The notes below the pieces were generated by a model. It was given only the letters and a program-made list of their open reading frames with translations. It did not search any database and was not told where the DNA came from. The position numbers and the translations under genes are program-made. From assembly GCA_024137785.1 (NCBI GenBank), contig JAHRHZ010000050.1:13480978-13544977 (forward strand): a stretch of 64,000 nucleotides of DNA, written 5' to 3'. Within the stretch, counting starts at the first letter, position 1. Each line of letters begins with the position of its first letter. Positions 39,060 to 51,620 of the stretch are shown one piece after another. The stretch is from Ginglymostoma cirratum. Lineage: Eukaryota.

Positions 39060-39223
39060 GCATCTGGCTCAGAACCCATTTATTTGTGATTGTCATCTGA
39101 AATGGCTTGCGGACTATCTGCACGCAAACCCCATTGAAACAAGTGGTGCCCGCTGTAGCAGTCCTCGCCGCCTGGCAAACAAGAGGATCGGACAGATCAA
39201 GAGCAAGAAGTTCCGCTGCTCAG
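39060..39223 (+). CDS. slit2: Slit2 coding exon (exon 14 orthologue), LRRCT of D2
   Basis: 164 nt, AAG acceptor, GTAATT donor; [54 protein letters not shown]. Confidence 0.97.
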
Positions 39224-39557
39224 GTAATTGGATTGTTTGAACTTTATTATTTGTTTATCTAGTAAAATTTATTGCAATGTCTTGACTTGGAGCACCTCTC
39301 ATATGGATTCTGATAATTCATCTGTTTTACTGTGAATTGTTAAAGCTGTCAGAAGCTTTTTGGCCCTTTTGTTTCCAACTCAATGCTAACTGCAGTGTTT
39401 CAGTCTTGTGCTGTTTGCTTTGCTTTTTTTTAGTGTTGACGAGTTGCAACCTGTGGATTTAGTATAAAATAAACTGTTTCCTTTTCCTTCGGCTGCTAAC
39501 ATTCAGGTGCATCTCTTCTGTCTTTTCTCTCTCTCTCTCTTTTTTTTATGTTTATAG

Positions 39558-39581
39558 CAAAAGAACAATATTTCATTCCAG
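39558..39581 (+). CDS. slit2: Slit2 24-nt alternative exon (exon 15 orthologue), AKEQYFIP
   Basis: Long (CT)n/T tract, tttatAG|CAAAAGAACAATATTTCATTCCAG|GTAGGT; symmetric phase 1; peptide identical to recalled mammalian exon 15. Confidence 0.95.
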
Positions 39582-40727
39582 GTAGGTTTACTTTGCAGCA
39601 GAACTGACCAGCACTGGATTTCTCTTAGGATTTGGTGGAGTGTTGCATGCTGTAGCAATTGGGTGAAACTCCCCAATAGACAGTGATGTAGTTTCTTCCT
39701 CATCCTTCAGTAGTTGAATCTGCTCCTGAAAGGAGATTTGCATGAAACCTTTTAATCCGAGTAGCTAACTCCTTAAGTCCATGTTTCTGTGTGTCAGCTA
39801 TGCAGTCGCCATGCATCATTGTTGTTTTATTGTTCTCTGATTCTATTCCCACTTCTAGTCTTAGGTCGCTATTTATTGGAGATAGTAGCACATTATTCTT
39901 TCCTGTCTTGATGGCATTAAACATTTGTTGTCGCATTTTGTACATTAAAGCTTCAACAAGTTTTTGTTCATATTGCTTGGGTATTGGCTGGGGTAAATCA
40001 CCAGTGGCTGGAGGAGAAAAACTGATTACAACATTATCTAATCCCCCTGTTGCAATTCCATTGGTAGACAAAGTTCAATTTACTTTATATGGTATTTTGG
40101 AAACCACAACCATCACATAAACCAGAACGAACCACCGTGTATGCTCCAACCTTAAACTAAAGCACTTATTGCTGTGATAAATAAAATTAAGTCCCTGTTC
40201 AGAAAGCAGAACATTTCTTTGGAAATCCAGAAAACCACGCATCATTCCTTGTTCGTGAAGCTGTTTGAGTTATCTGCTCTCGGGCTGCTGTTATGCTGTC
40301 AGAATCTTGGAGCTGCTTGGGAAGAGGAATGGTTTACAAGAACAATAATAATTTGAGTTGATATGGTGCTCAAAGTGAAGATACATGACTGAAAGTATTT
40401 CACAGAGTTGCTGTCAGAGAGAAAATGGAGACAGAGAGAAAGGAAATTTCAAGAGAGGTTGTCAAAAGTTTTTGTCCACAGAGGTAGATTTTAAGTAGGG
40501 TCTTAAAGGACAAGAGGGATGTCAGGAAACAGTAAGGCTTGGAGCAAATTGCCAAATTTCCATCTGTCACACGATGGTTGAGGACACAATTACCAATGGA
40601 GTGTTGAAAGATGGGTTATGGTGTAAGGTGGTGGCCGAAGGCTTTAGTTCCTAATATTTAACTGAAGAAAACTGGCTTATCCAACACTGGACTTTGGACC
40701 CTGATCTGAGCTTCAGTCCAGTCTCCT

Positions 40728-40866
40728 TGCTGTAACAAACTATCTATTTCCAGCTCAGTAACATCCCCTGACTTCATTCTCTGTCTCAGTCCAACAGCTG
40801 GTGAAATCTCCAGCCTTGTCTTTGACATCGCTGGATTCAACAATTCTCTTGCTCTTCTGGTTGACA
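40728..40866 (+). mobile_element. L2 LINE, 5' part (split by the Gypsy insertion)
   Basis: Degenerate YF.L.NI..L..CLS..A.E.....F....LD..NSL.LL.G motif of the L2 ORF2 tail; continues at 47650. Confidence 0.65.
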
Positions 40867-42009
40867 AGCTAATGATATAATCGAATAGGCCATAGGCTAT
40901 TACAACTCAATAACTAATAATGTATTTCTATATCATAGATTGAAAGAAAACATCAAACAGAAAAAGTGTTTGGAGAGAGAGAAAAAGAGAGAGCATCCTT
41001 CATGACAATAGAAAGCTATATTTAGTGAATTTAAATGAAGTAATGTTACTACAGGAGTGGAAGAGCATTACTTAATAATTAAGTGTTAACAGCCTCTAAC
41101 AGCATCATTATAGACACCCACAATCCAAAGATTCTAAGGAGAAATATCTAACTATGTTAGTAGCAGTACTAGTCACAAAAAACAAAGTTGCTAGAGAAAT
41201 GGCTGCATCCAGGATCTGAAGTTAGATCACAGTCCCTGGGACCCAGCTGAAAATCAGAAGGACTCCAATAGCAGGATAGAGTCGCAGAAGACTTCAATGC
41301 GTAGCTAACAAGCAGGAAGACTCAAAGGCAGGACAGAATCTTGAAAGACATTAAACACAAAGCATCAAAACAGGATGTCTCCAAGAAGTGAGAAAGAATG
41401 TCCAAAGACATCAAAGCCAGGTCACACACCATGATATTCTAGAGAATAAAAATACAGAAATGGAGCACGTAGACAGAAAGAAGGGAAACCTCAGGTACTT
41501 TTCCACATTAATGTGGTGCTACAGCTGATCAGAATAGTGGCACCAATAAAGGCTGCCATTACCACAATTTTGGAAAACATGGAGCACCTCTAACAAGGCT
41601 ATAGGGGAGATCTCTGAAAGCATCACTTTCACCAATATAGAACTACATCAGGCTTTCATGTGAAGGACCAGCGGTACTGAATCAGGATCATTCTATAAGC
41701 TGTCGGTCAGATAGCTGATGATGGTTTGGGTAAGGTAGAGTGTGGAAGAAACGACAATGAACCAAATCACATCCGACTGAAGAGAGTTATGGTGAGATTT
41801 ATGGCAAAATCGGGCAAGAATTCAACAAGCCTGATCGGTGCGTACTCACAGCATCCCTGCCTTGCCTTGAATGTTTGCACTTTGCCCTCAGCCAGAGATA
41901 CCAGGTTCATATTACTTCAGTTTTGTTTTGCTGTTTAATGCAGACACAAAGCCAGGAAGCATGTCATGGATGTCAGCAGGCCTCATTCAAGTCAAAAGGG
42001 ATAGCTTTC

Positions 42010-42150
42010 GCTCAGAGAGTCATAAAGTGATATAACATGGACCCTTCAGTCCAACCAGTCCATGCTGAACATAACCTCAAACTAAACTAGTCCCACCTGC
42101 TTGCTCCTGGCTCATATCCCTCCAAACCTTCCTTATTCATGTACTCCCAG
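42010..42150 (-). mobile_element. Short CR1 3'-end fragment
   Basis: Reverse-complement match to the 3' UTR of the CR1 at 43610-43750 (tacatgaata.gaa.g.tttggagggatat..gcca...gggacta). Confidence 0.75.
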
Positions 42151-42504
42151 CATTGTAAGTCAAGGGCAGCCTCTGATACCAGTCCTTGGGCTTGAACACA
42201 GATAGGGGGCTGCTTGGGGCAGCCAGAATCAGGATGCCCTGTATATAAGGGATGAGGAACTGAATGCTGGGAGCCAACCACCTGTCTTGACTCCTTCTGC
42301 ACGGTAAATAGGGTCATTTACCTAAGGGAGGTCAAAACGAGTAGAAAGCTGTTTTTTTTGATGCAAGTGGGGATGGGTCCCAAGAGAATGAGCAGGCAGC
42401 ACAGAGGGCAGGCAGCGTTAGTGGTGTTGAGGGTTAGAGTAGGTGACAGCGAGCAAGAGAAGATGTTGCAGGCGAGAGTGAGAGTGGAAGAACATGCAAA
42501 CAAA

Positions 42505-43750
42505 ATTGTGTCTCACAAACATGATTGAGTTTTTTGAATAAGTTACCAAAAAGATTGATGAGGACAGAGCATTAGACATTGTTTATATGGACATTAGTAA
42601 AGCCTTTGATCAGGTTCCACATGATAGACTAATTAGAAATGTTTAATCTCAAGGGATTCAGGGTGAGCTTGCCATTTGGATACAAAATTGGCTTGATGGT
42701 AGGAGACAGTTGTGGGATTTGTTTTTTTAGACTGGAGGCCTATGACCATCAGTGTTCCACAGGGATCAGTACTGGGTCCACTTTTGTTCCTCATTTATAT
42801 AAACAATTTGGATGAGAATATAGTAGGGGTGATTAGTAAGTTTGCAGATGGCACCAAAATTGGTGGTATAGCGGACAGTGAAGAAAATTATCTAAAATTA
42901 CAAAAAGATCTTGATCGGTTGGGTCAATGGCTGATGAGTGGCAGATGGAGTTAATTTGGATAAAGGCAAGGTATTGTTTTTTGGTAAAGCAAACAAGGGC
43001 AGGACGTATACAATTAATGGTACGCTCCCGGCTAGTGTTGTAGAGCAGAGAGACCCAGGGGTTCAGGTACAAATTTCTTTGAAATTTGCATCACAGGTAG
43101 ACAGGGTGGTTAAGAAGGTGTTTAGCATGGTTGCCTTCATTGCTCAAATCTTTGAGTATAAGAGGTGGGACACCATGTAGAGCTTTTACATGATGTTGGT
43201 GAGGCCTCTTCTGGAGTACTGTTTGGCAGTTCTGGTCACCCTGCTAGAGGAAGGATATTATTACGTTGGAGAGGGTTCAGAAAAGATTTACCAGGATGTT
43301 GCTGGGAATAGAGGGTTTGAGTTATAAAAATAGGCTGGATAGCCTGGGACTTTCTTCATTGGAGCACAGGAGGTTGAGGGCGACCTTATAGAGATTTATA
43401 AAATCATAAGGGACATAGATAATATGAATAGCAATATCTTTTCTCAAGGGTGGGGGAGTTCAAAACTAGGGGGCATATTTTTAAGGTGAGAGGGGAAGTT
43501 TTAAAAAGGACATAAGGGGCAACTTTTTTGCACAGAGAATGGTTTGTGTGTGGAATGAGCTGCCAGGGGAAGCGGTGGATGCGAGTACAGTTATAGCGTT
43601 TAAATACATTTGGATAATACATGAATAGGAAAGATTTGGAGGGATATAGGCCAAACACAGGCAAATGGGACTAAGTTTAGTTTGGAAACATGGTTGTCAT
43701 GGACTAGTTGGACCAAATTGTCTGTTTGCATGCTGTGTAACTCTATGACT
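42505..43750 (+). mobile_element. CR1 LINE 3' half nested in the Gypsy element
   Basis: VPQGSVLGPLLFLIYINNLDE...SKFADGTKIGG...LQKDLDRL (42712-42954), QVDRVVKK, CR1 3' UTR and ctctatgactcta tail. Confidence 0.92.
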
Positions 43751-43819
43751 CTACGAAACTTGCTGGGAGATTGGCATAATAGCAGAGATAGAGTAAGTGT
43801 AAAATATTGAAGAGCAGAT

Positions 43820-44000
43820 GGTGTCATGCTGGCACAGTGGAGTAGAACATTGACCTTCTTCCTACATTGTTGGACATTCCTCCAGCTAGCCAAGACTGCA
43901 ATGATCCAGATGGCAATCTTGGATCAGGCTGGCATGGTCTTGTGTTGTGGCTTTCTCTGCTGGGCCTGGGGAAGAGGATGTCCCACATCTGCCAGAGGGT
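43820..44000 (-). mobile_element. Harbinger/PIF-like Myb/SANT ORF remnant
   Basis: Minus strand WDILFP ... PA*SKIAIWIIAVLASWRNVQQCRKKVNVLL resembles the MSANTD/trihelix W..IA..V......R...QCRKK.NDL motif. Confidence 0.55.
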
Positions 44001-47000
44001 GTGAGGTAGGTAGTTAATGAGAAGCCTTTGGTAAGATATGGCAAGAAATATCACAGGACCTCGCAGTGAGAATCCCTCCAAAAATCACAACACAATTCGC
44101 ACTTAGCAAAAAAAAATTAAGAATCAGCTTTACAGAATAGGAGGCCTTTATTAAACCATTTGGCTTGTACTTTTAAACCAAAAAAGAAATTTAGTCATTG
44201 GACAAAATTCAATCCATAATCTCAGTGACTGAGAGAATCACTTGAGGCCTTTTAAATGGATTTGTAACTATCGCGCAAGATGTGTGGTTACAGAGATTTA
44301 AAGGATAAATTAGTTAGTGACTGTAACTGTAGTCACTGTGAGGGATGACAAGTTATCAGATTTATTTTCAGTCTAAGAGGACCAAAAATTGGAATAAACA
44401 ACCCAACACGCTGTGCAGAGCCCAAAATTCGGTCCGTTCATTGAGGAAACATCAAAGATTGTTGTGACTTGGTTGAAGTGCAGAGAAAGCCTGCCCAAAT
44501 GCCAAAAAAGCAGGATTCAACATTGCCTACTGTAAAAAAGATTGTTCAAAGTATGGGTAAAAGCAGCATCACACATACAGCAATTGCCCAGCAGGATGAG
44601 CTGAGTGGTATGGATTTGGTTAATCTGGGAAACTTGAAGTAGGTCTGCAAGAAGCAGCAGCCTCATCACCATCAAATAGTGAAGGGGTCCTGCAAAAGGA
44701 AAATGTTGAGGAAAAAAGAATATAGATCAAACAGTCAAGAAAAAGTTGAAGATATTAAATGTACAGAACAAAAGATGAAGATCACATTTCTATTTAAGGT
44801 TAACAAGAACCAACACAAATTCTGGACGATCGACTTGAAGATACTAGGGTTTGAAAGAAAATTTCAATTCAACACAGGAACTTGTTTCAGTACTGGCTGA
44901 CAGCTTCCCGTGGATGATGCCTGTGAAAGTTCAACCTGCAAACTTAAAACATCAAGGTCTGGGGCACAGTATGTTGCTAAATTACTCCACAAGTCAGTCA
45001 CAAAGGAGGAGATGTCAGTGAGACACTGTACATGCTGAAGAATCAGAATACTTCATAATGAAGTACAAAAACACATATTCAGTGCATACTCTTGGAGAGA
45101 GTGGATACAATACTCTGGAACAAAAGCCAGAGAGAATTTCAATAAAAATCTCAAGACCTATTCAGAGGTTGAGGAAAATTAAAGCTGGAATATTACATAA
45201 CTCTGCAAGAAGATGTTACGCCTGTCTGCTTGTACAGGGAAAGTTCTTCATTCTCTAATGGAAAAAAATGACATCTCAGGCAGTCACCTGATAGAATGTG
45301 GGATATCAGTGACAGAACTGACGCAGTCATGCTCAGGGCTAGTAATTGTTTCTAAAACAAATGAAGACTTGTGTGACTCTTACTCAGTTAAACAGAGAAT
45401 TAGGAAGATAAATCCATCCTATTTGGTCAGTTGACAGTTTGTCCAAATTGGTAAGAACTAGTTCTTTATTAAATTAGACTCAAACAGTGAATCCTGGCAG
45501 ATACCCCTAAACCACAAGTCAGGATTGTTGACTGCATTCGTTACTTATAATAGTCTTCCTTCACCAGTCATTCTGCACCGGACTATTTTCAATGTGGAAT
45601 ATTATGAATTCTGGGAGAAAATAGGAGACCATTTACCACATGGAACTATTTTGGTGTATGTCAGAAGATAAAAGAACATGGCCAGAGGATTAGGGAAGAG
45701 TTAGGGGGCACCACAGAATTCCAGCCTTACACGAAGCAAGAAATGCCATATTATAAGAATGACAATCGCATTTTGGGACATATACTTTAATCCAAGAACA
45801 ATGCATTACTGTGGATCCAAGGAAGCTGAGGGCCATAAGTGAATTTCCAGCACTGAAGTGTGCAAATGATCTACAGCACTTCTTAGACTTTGTGAATCAA
45901 GAGGGAAGGTTTATCCCTAACTTAGCCAGTCTCTATCAACACATAAGAGAACTTTTGAAAAAAAAGCCAACAGTGTATTAGAGTTAAGAAAAGACTGCAT
46001 GTTTTAAAAGGATTAATGAGAAGTTACCTTCGCACTGATGTTTTAGTTTATTATAATCCAGACCTATTAACTGTAACAGCCAATGGGTGAATTATTCGTA
46101 AGACTAAGAGCAGATCTTATCCAGGTACAAACCGATGGAGCAAGGAAATCTGTATGTTTCAGGTTGAGATAGAAAATGAAGTTCACAACTATTGAAAAAG
46201 AAGTGCATGCAGTTATATGGGATGCGAAAGGTTCACAGGCTACCTCATGAGACTGAAATTGCAAGTTGAGATGGACCATAAGCCTTTGATGACGTTGTAA
46301 GGATCAAATGAATATAAAGGAGAACACAAAAATACCACTAAGAATACAAAGATTTAGGCTTTGACTGTTTAAATATGACTACATCATCGTCTATGTTTCA
46401 GGCATAGCTGGAGAACATCTGGTAGATGTTAAAGGGCAGCAATAGATGAAGCAGAAAAGATTTCATTCTTGTAGAAGAGCTGGAGTCTTATTCCATAGCA
46501 ATAACCAGTATTCTACAAGCAACTGAGTGAAAATGCAAAGAAATTTGTGCTGCTCAAAAATCGTAATTGGAGAGTGCATAAAGTGGTTGAATTACATTCC
46601 TGCAGATCAAGCGCTGAGGAGGTTTCATGAGCAAGAACAGCACTTAATTATTGTGGAAGACTTATCCTACTATTACTGTAGTATGGCCGCACCAAAGACA
46701 ACTAAGTTAGAGATTCTACAGAGACCCCCAAGTGAGACATTTAAGTATCACAAAATGCAGAGCAAGAATCCAATAGTCAGGATGGTGGGCAGACTTTTCA
46801 GGAGAAATAGAACGTTTCATCTTGTCATGTCACATATGTATTTGAAATAATCAAGTGTCTAAAGTGTCATAAATTGAGTTAAAATTTCCAGAAAGGACAT
46901 GGGAAAAGCTAGCAACAGATTTGTTCACTTTCAAGGGAAGATTTATTTAGTTGCAGTAGACTATAATTCAAGGAGCAAGATTTCATCCAGCCACAGTGAG

Positions 47001-47649
47001 CAGAGCGCTGAAAAGTATCATTGCAATGCACAGTTTCCCAGAAAAACTAATAATGTACGATGGACCTCAGTTTATGAGTGAGGAATTCAGAAAGTTCACA
47101 TCAGAGGCCGGTGTCAACCAAGTGACAAGTTCTCCACTCCACTTTAAGTCGAACAAAGAAGTTGAGAGAATGATCAAACCATAAAGTCACTGAATCAAAC
47201 AGATACAGTGAGAATTAGCTGTGCTCATTTACAAACTAATGCTCAATGATTGTAATAGTATGTTAATGATTACAATGGCTACGTAAATAACAAAAAAGTA
47301 AATTACTAGAAATATGTAATACCAAAGCGGAAATAAACTTGGAGAGAGTTATAGTTTAAAGGAATGTTGAAATTGTGATGATGTAACGGATACTCCAGTA
47401 GATTGAAAGAAGACATGATATGAGAAGAAGCTTGTAGACAGAGATCTTAAATGATGCACTAGAGAGTTCTATATTTAAGGTGTAATGTACAGTTGTAAAT
47501 AAAAGAATATGGTATGGAAGAGCCTTATTTAAGGATAAAGCGCCAACAGTCTCAGGCACACTATATGTGTAGACACCCACAACTCAAGACTACTACCGAG
47601 AAGTATCCTGGTAGCAATATTAGTTTAAAGCATATAATAAAGTAAAACT

Positions 47650-48160
47650 TCTTCCACCCTCAGTAAATTTCAACTCATCCAAAACCCTGCTGCCTTCATC
47701 CTATCCAACGCCAAGCCTATTTCACATCACCTCCTGCTCTTCTCGCTGTCAATTGATGCACTCTCAATCTATGCAGTGTCAATCCCCCAAAATCCTAAAT
47801 TTAAATTCTCATTGTTTCATTTAAATCTGTTTCTAATCTCACATTCTAATTCCTCTATTCTTCTGACCATCGTCTCTGTTATACATCCTACACATGCTTC
47901 ACCTCACCCCATCAGTTTTTTCCTACCACAGGGACCGTGGATTTGGCCAGTTCTGGTCTGTGGTCTGGATTTCTTTCATTCCCTAAACCCATTTCTTTCT
48001 ATAGTTTAAAAACCCTCTTAAATTGCATAAATTACCAAGCTTTTGTTTTTTTTTTGTTTTAATATCTCACTTTGCTGGCTCACCATCCTTTTGTTTTACT
48101 ACTTTGAAGTGTCTTGGGACACTTTTCCACGTTAAATTTGCTATATACATGCACGCTGTT
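47650..48160 (+). mobile_element. L2 LINE, 3' part
   Basis: Resumes with TLSKFQLIQNPAAFIL...HIT and ends in tgaagtgtcttgggacacttttccacgttaaatttgctatatacatgca. Confidence 0.7.
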
Positions 48161-48639
48161 GAATTGACAGAAGCTCTGTCATTGTTGGAACTATTTTCTG
48201 TGATGAACTGCAATGTAATTTTAACCCCTTAAGAGAAATATTTTTTGTCTGAGTTCCCTTCAAGACCACATTTATTAGAGAGTTCCTACTTGGGCAATAG
48301 TTTAGTTTTAGACTGGTAGTTTGCTGGGATTTTGGTAGAGAGCTGTGGAAAAAGATTCAATAGCACTTTGCCTTTTCATTTTGTAAATATATACTTTTAT
48401 TTCTGCATCAAAATCTGTCGTCTATGAATTGTGTAGAAGAAGCTTTCTGTTGATTCATGATAGGTCCATTCCACAATCATATGGAGAATTGCTACAATCT
48501 GCTTAACACTTTGTGCAGCTAACTGCATGAGACCTTGATGTGAAATTCCCTCAGAGATTGTCCGACAATGAAACATCTGCTGATGCATTGAGGATTGAGA
48601 GTACATTCTACAGTGTTGCAATAGGACGCAAAACGTCTT

Positions 48640-48890
48640 GTATTTATACAGTGTCTGTAATAACCTCAAGATGTCACAAAGCACTTTTCAGGCAATGAAG
48701 TACTTCTATTGATGTATGGTCACTGTCGTGTTGTAGGATTTTGCACAGTCTCCTTTTTCTTCTTGTTGGCTGAGGAGTAATGTTGACTAAAAGACCAATG
48801 ATAATGCCCCTTCTCTTGCCCAAAGTACTGTCACTTTATCTTCTACAGCTCACTCAAAAGTTGGGCACCCCTGACAGTGCAGTACTTCCT
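48640..48890 (-). mobile_element. Degenerate Deu-domain SINE fragment
   Basis: gatgtcacaaagcacttttcaggcaatgaagtacttc matches the tail of the copy at 10590-11050. Confidence 0.55.
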
Positions 48891-51620
48891 CTTATTATGG
48901 ACAAGCAGCCGTGTAGCAAGTTTTATACATTATACTCACAATACAATACAGCATTCCAACAATATATGTTGCCATAACAAGCTGTGAAGAGAATTCAGCT
49001 CCACGTGTTTTTAACCACTGCTGCGCAAGTGTGGATGCACCGAGCAGACAGTAGGGATGATTCTGTGATGGCTGATACTCTAAGTGACTGGCAGCACTTG
49101 AGAGGAATCTTGTTTTGGAAAATCATAGTCAATCCACCTACCACTTCACAAAAAAGTTTGCCTGTAAACTAGACTTCCTGCTAGAAGTGCCACCTTTAAT
49201 TCCATATTCATACCTCAGGCAACTGTGTAGCTGTGCTTTTGTTGCTGTGGTTAGTGAAGGCTCCATGTTCCCATTCAAACTTCCATGTAACTTCCAGCTG
49301 TTTTCCCTCCTAACCCACATGTCATTTGATAAACTATGGTATGTCTGTATTAATGTAGTATTGTACAAACAGGCTGATACGTCAGCTTGAATGCCACTTA
49401 CATGTGTGAACCAATCAAAACATTAACTGCTTGGAGAATAAATTCTCAAGCAAGGTTAGCACCTCCTTCTCCAGGGTGCAGCAGTGGATAAAAACACGTG
49501 GAACTGAATTCTCTTCAGAGCTTGTTATGGCAACATATATTGTGGGAATGCTGTATTGTATTGTGGGTATCATGTATGATGCTGGCCGAGCCAGTGTGTC
49601 CATGTTCAATGAATGAATAATATGAAAATAAAAGCTGAGGCTAAAAACGGGAGCTACTTTAATTAAGCATAAATGTATTAAGATGTAAGGAATTGTTTAT
49701 AAATATACAATAATTATTAAAAACATGGCTAGTAAATTTAATTGAGTATTTAATATATCCAAGAGCATGCTGTAGGCACACTTTATAGCTAGGGGAAAAT
49801 TACATTTATTTGAGAAAACCCCTCAAAGTTTCACCTCGCTTATTATAAACATATGTAGGGCTGGATTAAAGGATCCTATAAGAGTGGACTAGGCAATGAG
49901 CAAAGTAGCATATTCACAGGAACAGCAATGGCTCTCATTTCTGCTGGCAGGAAACCTGACTCCACCTAGAGCACATGGACTGCAGAGATTCAAGAAGGCA
50001 GCTGACCTCCTCAACAGCAACTTGAGATGGGTTAAAAATGCTGGCCTAGCCAGCAACGCCCATGTCTCGCAAGCAATAACAGAAAATTCAAGTCAACAGC
50101 AAGAATGGGCTGATACAGGGATAACAGTCTGTGGTTTCTGAAGCTCATTAGCTAGGCACTCTAAAACAATGATCCATGATTTCACCAGTGGTGGCTCTGG
50201 ATAGCATGGGTTTCATGTGACTCCCAAAGACCACTCAGAAGCCCTGTCAGCTTTGCCAGTGAATCCTTCTTCCAAAAACATTCAGTGCCTGGGCAAGGGA
50301 CCTATCATTGACAAGTGGAGTACTATTGAGACCCACCGACTAGTCCTTTCCTCTAATACACTTCTCCCACATCTTTGATCCATTCCCTGCAATACCAATT
50401 CTGCCCTCACCTATCAGTGGTCTGGCTCCTGAATGATCCCAGATCTTTGATGGGTATATTACCATCCACAGCCACTGCCCATGATGGCACTTACAGACAA
50501 TTGGATGTTGTCTACTTTGGTTGGCAGTTCTTGGTGAGCAGGACTTCTGCCTCCAGGGTCCTAAATCTCCAGGAAGACCTGACGACGGCCACCTAAGTCC
50601 TATTGGAACTCCCTCATGGAAGCAACAGGAGCTTTCTGTCAGTTCTCCGGTTGGGGGGAAGGACCCACGTTAAGGTCATTAAATCCAGCTTGTAGTTCAA
50701 TATGTTCAACCTATTGATTGAAGTTTTAAAAGAGCCTTCAATGTAATGGCACTGTGAAATTCTTCCTTGGGAGTTTTTAGGTCTCTTATCTGGCTCTCTC
50801 TCTTTAGTACTGTATTCTACCTGGGTACAACTTAATAGTTAAGGTTATCCTTGCAACAAATCTATATTTAAACTAATTAACAGTGAATTTTCTGCACAGT
50901 CTTAGCACAAATGGATTGGCTGCTTTCTTTGCTTCCTGCAATATAAATGCAATCGCTCTGTCTCTCTTTTCCTTCTGTGCTTCTTTACTTTTTGCAGGAA
51001 TTCACCATTTTGGCTGTAAGTACAAATTTGCGTGCTACCTGATACATTACCTCTGCCACCTTCACCATCTTGTCCTTTCAGCTTTGGTCCAATATTCTCT
51101 ACCAGCATACCGCTGCCCCACCTCCACCTCCTGCATATTTCCCCCTCCATCATCCCTTCCCCCATTCCCCAGCAGCTATTTCTTTCATTTATATACCTAT
51201 CTTGATGTCCCACACTCAACCTGTTACCAGCCTATAAGTAACCATCCAGCACGTAATCACAAGTGCCCCCCACTTCACTTCCCCATGCCTTCATGTCCTT
51301 CATTTGTCCCAACATAACAGATTTTTGTAGTGGCTTGTGACCTCAAATCCTGAATTAGAGAAATATCCAATTGGAAGTAAAATATTCTTTCACGTAGGCA
51401 TGTGTATTGTATATGTTCAGCGTATATTTCATAACAGTTGTTCTGCTGAACAGTAGCTGAAAGTGGAAATAGAATGTTCCCCTTGTTTTTACTAATGCTG
51501 TTGAACCCCAGCTCCCCACAGATACATTCTATTCCTCTTACCACAGAATGCTGTACCTTCTTTCCTCTACTATCTTCCCTCCCACTTTTACCTAGCCTAG
51601 CTGATGCAGTTCTGAAACTC

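Larger units (their letters stand above)
40870..47645 (+). mobile_element. Ancient Gypsy (Mag-like) LTR retrotransposon with diverged LTRs and nested insertions
   Basis: Protease FQFNTG (~44870), RT FIKLDSNSESWQIPL..SGLLTAF (~45470), RNase H IEKEVHAV...EMDHKPL (~46200), integrase WEKLATDLF..YLVAVDYNSR and DGPQFMSEEF...TSSPLH..SNKEVER (46890-47184). Direct repeats at ~40936-41175 and ~47399-47625. Confidence 0.85.

Noticed and set aside
49420-49615. Possible RTE-type LINE fragment
   Set aside because: The similarity (ENKFSSKVSTSFSRV) is too weak to call without an alignment.
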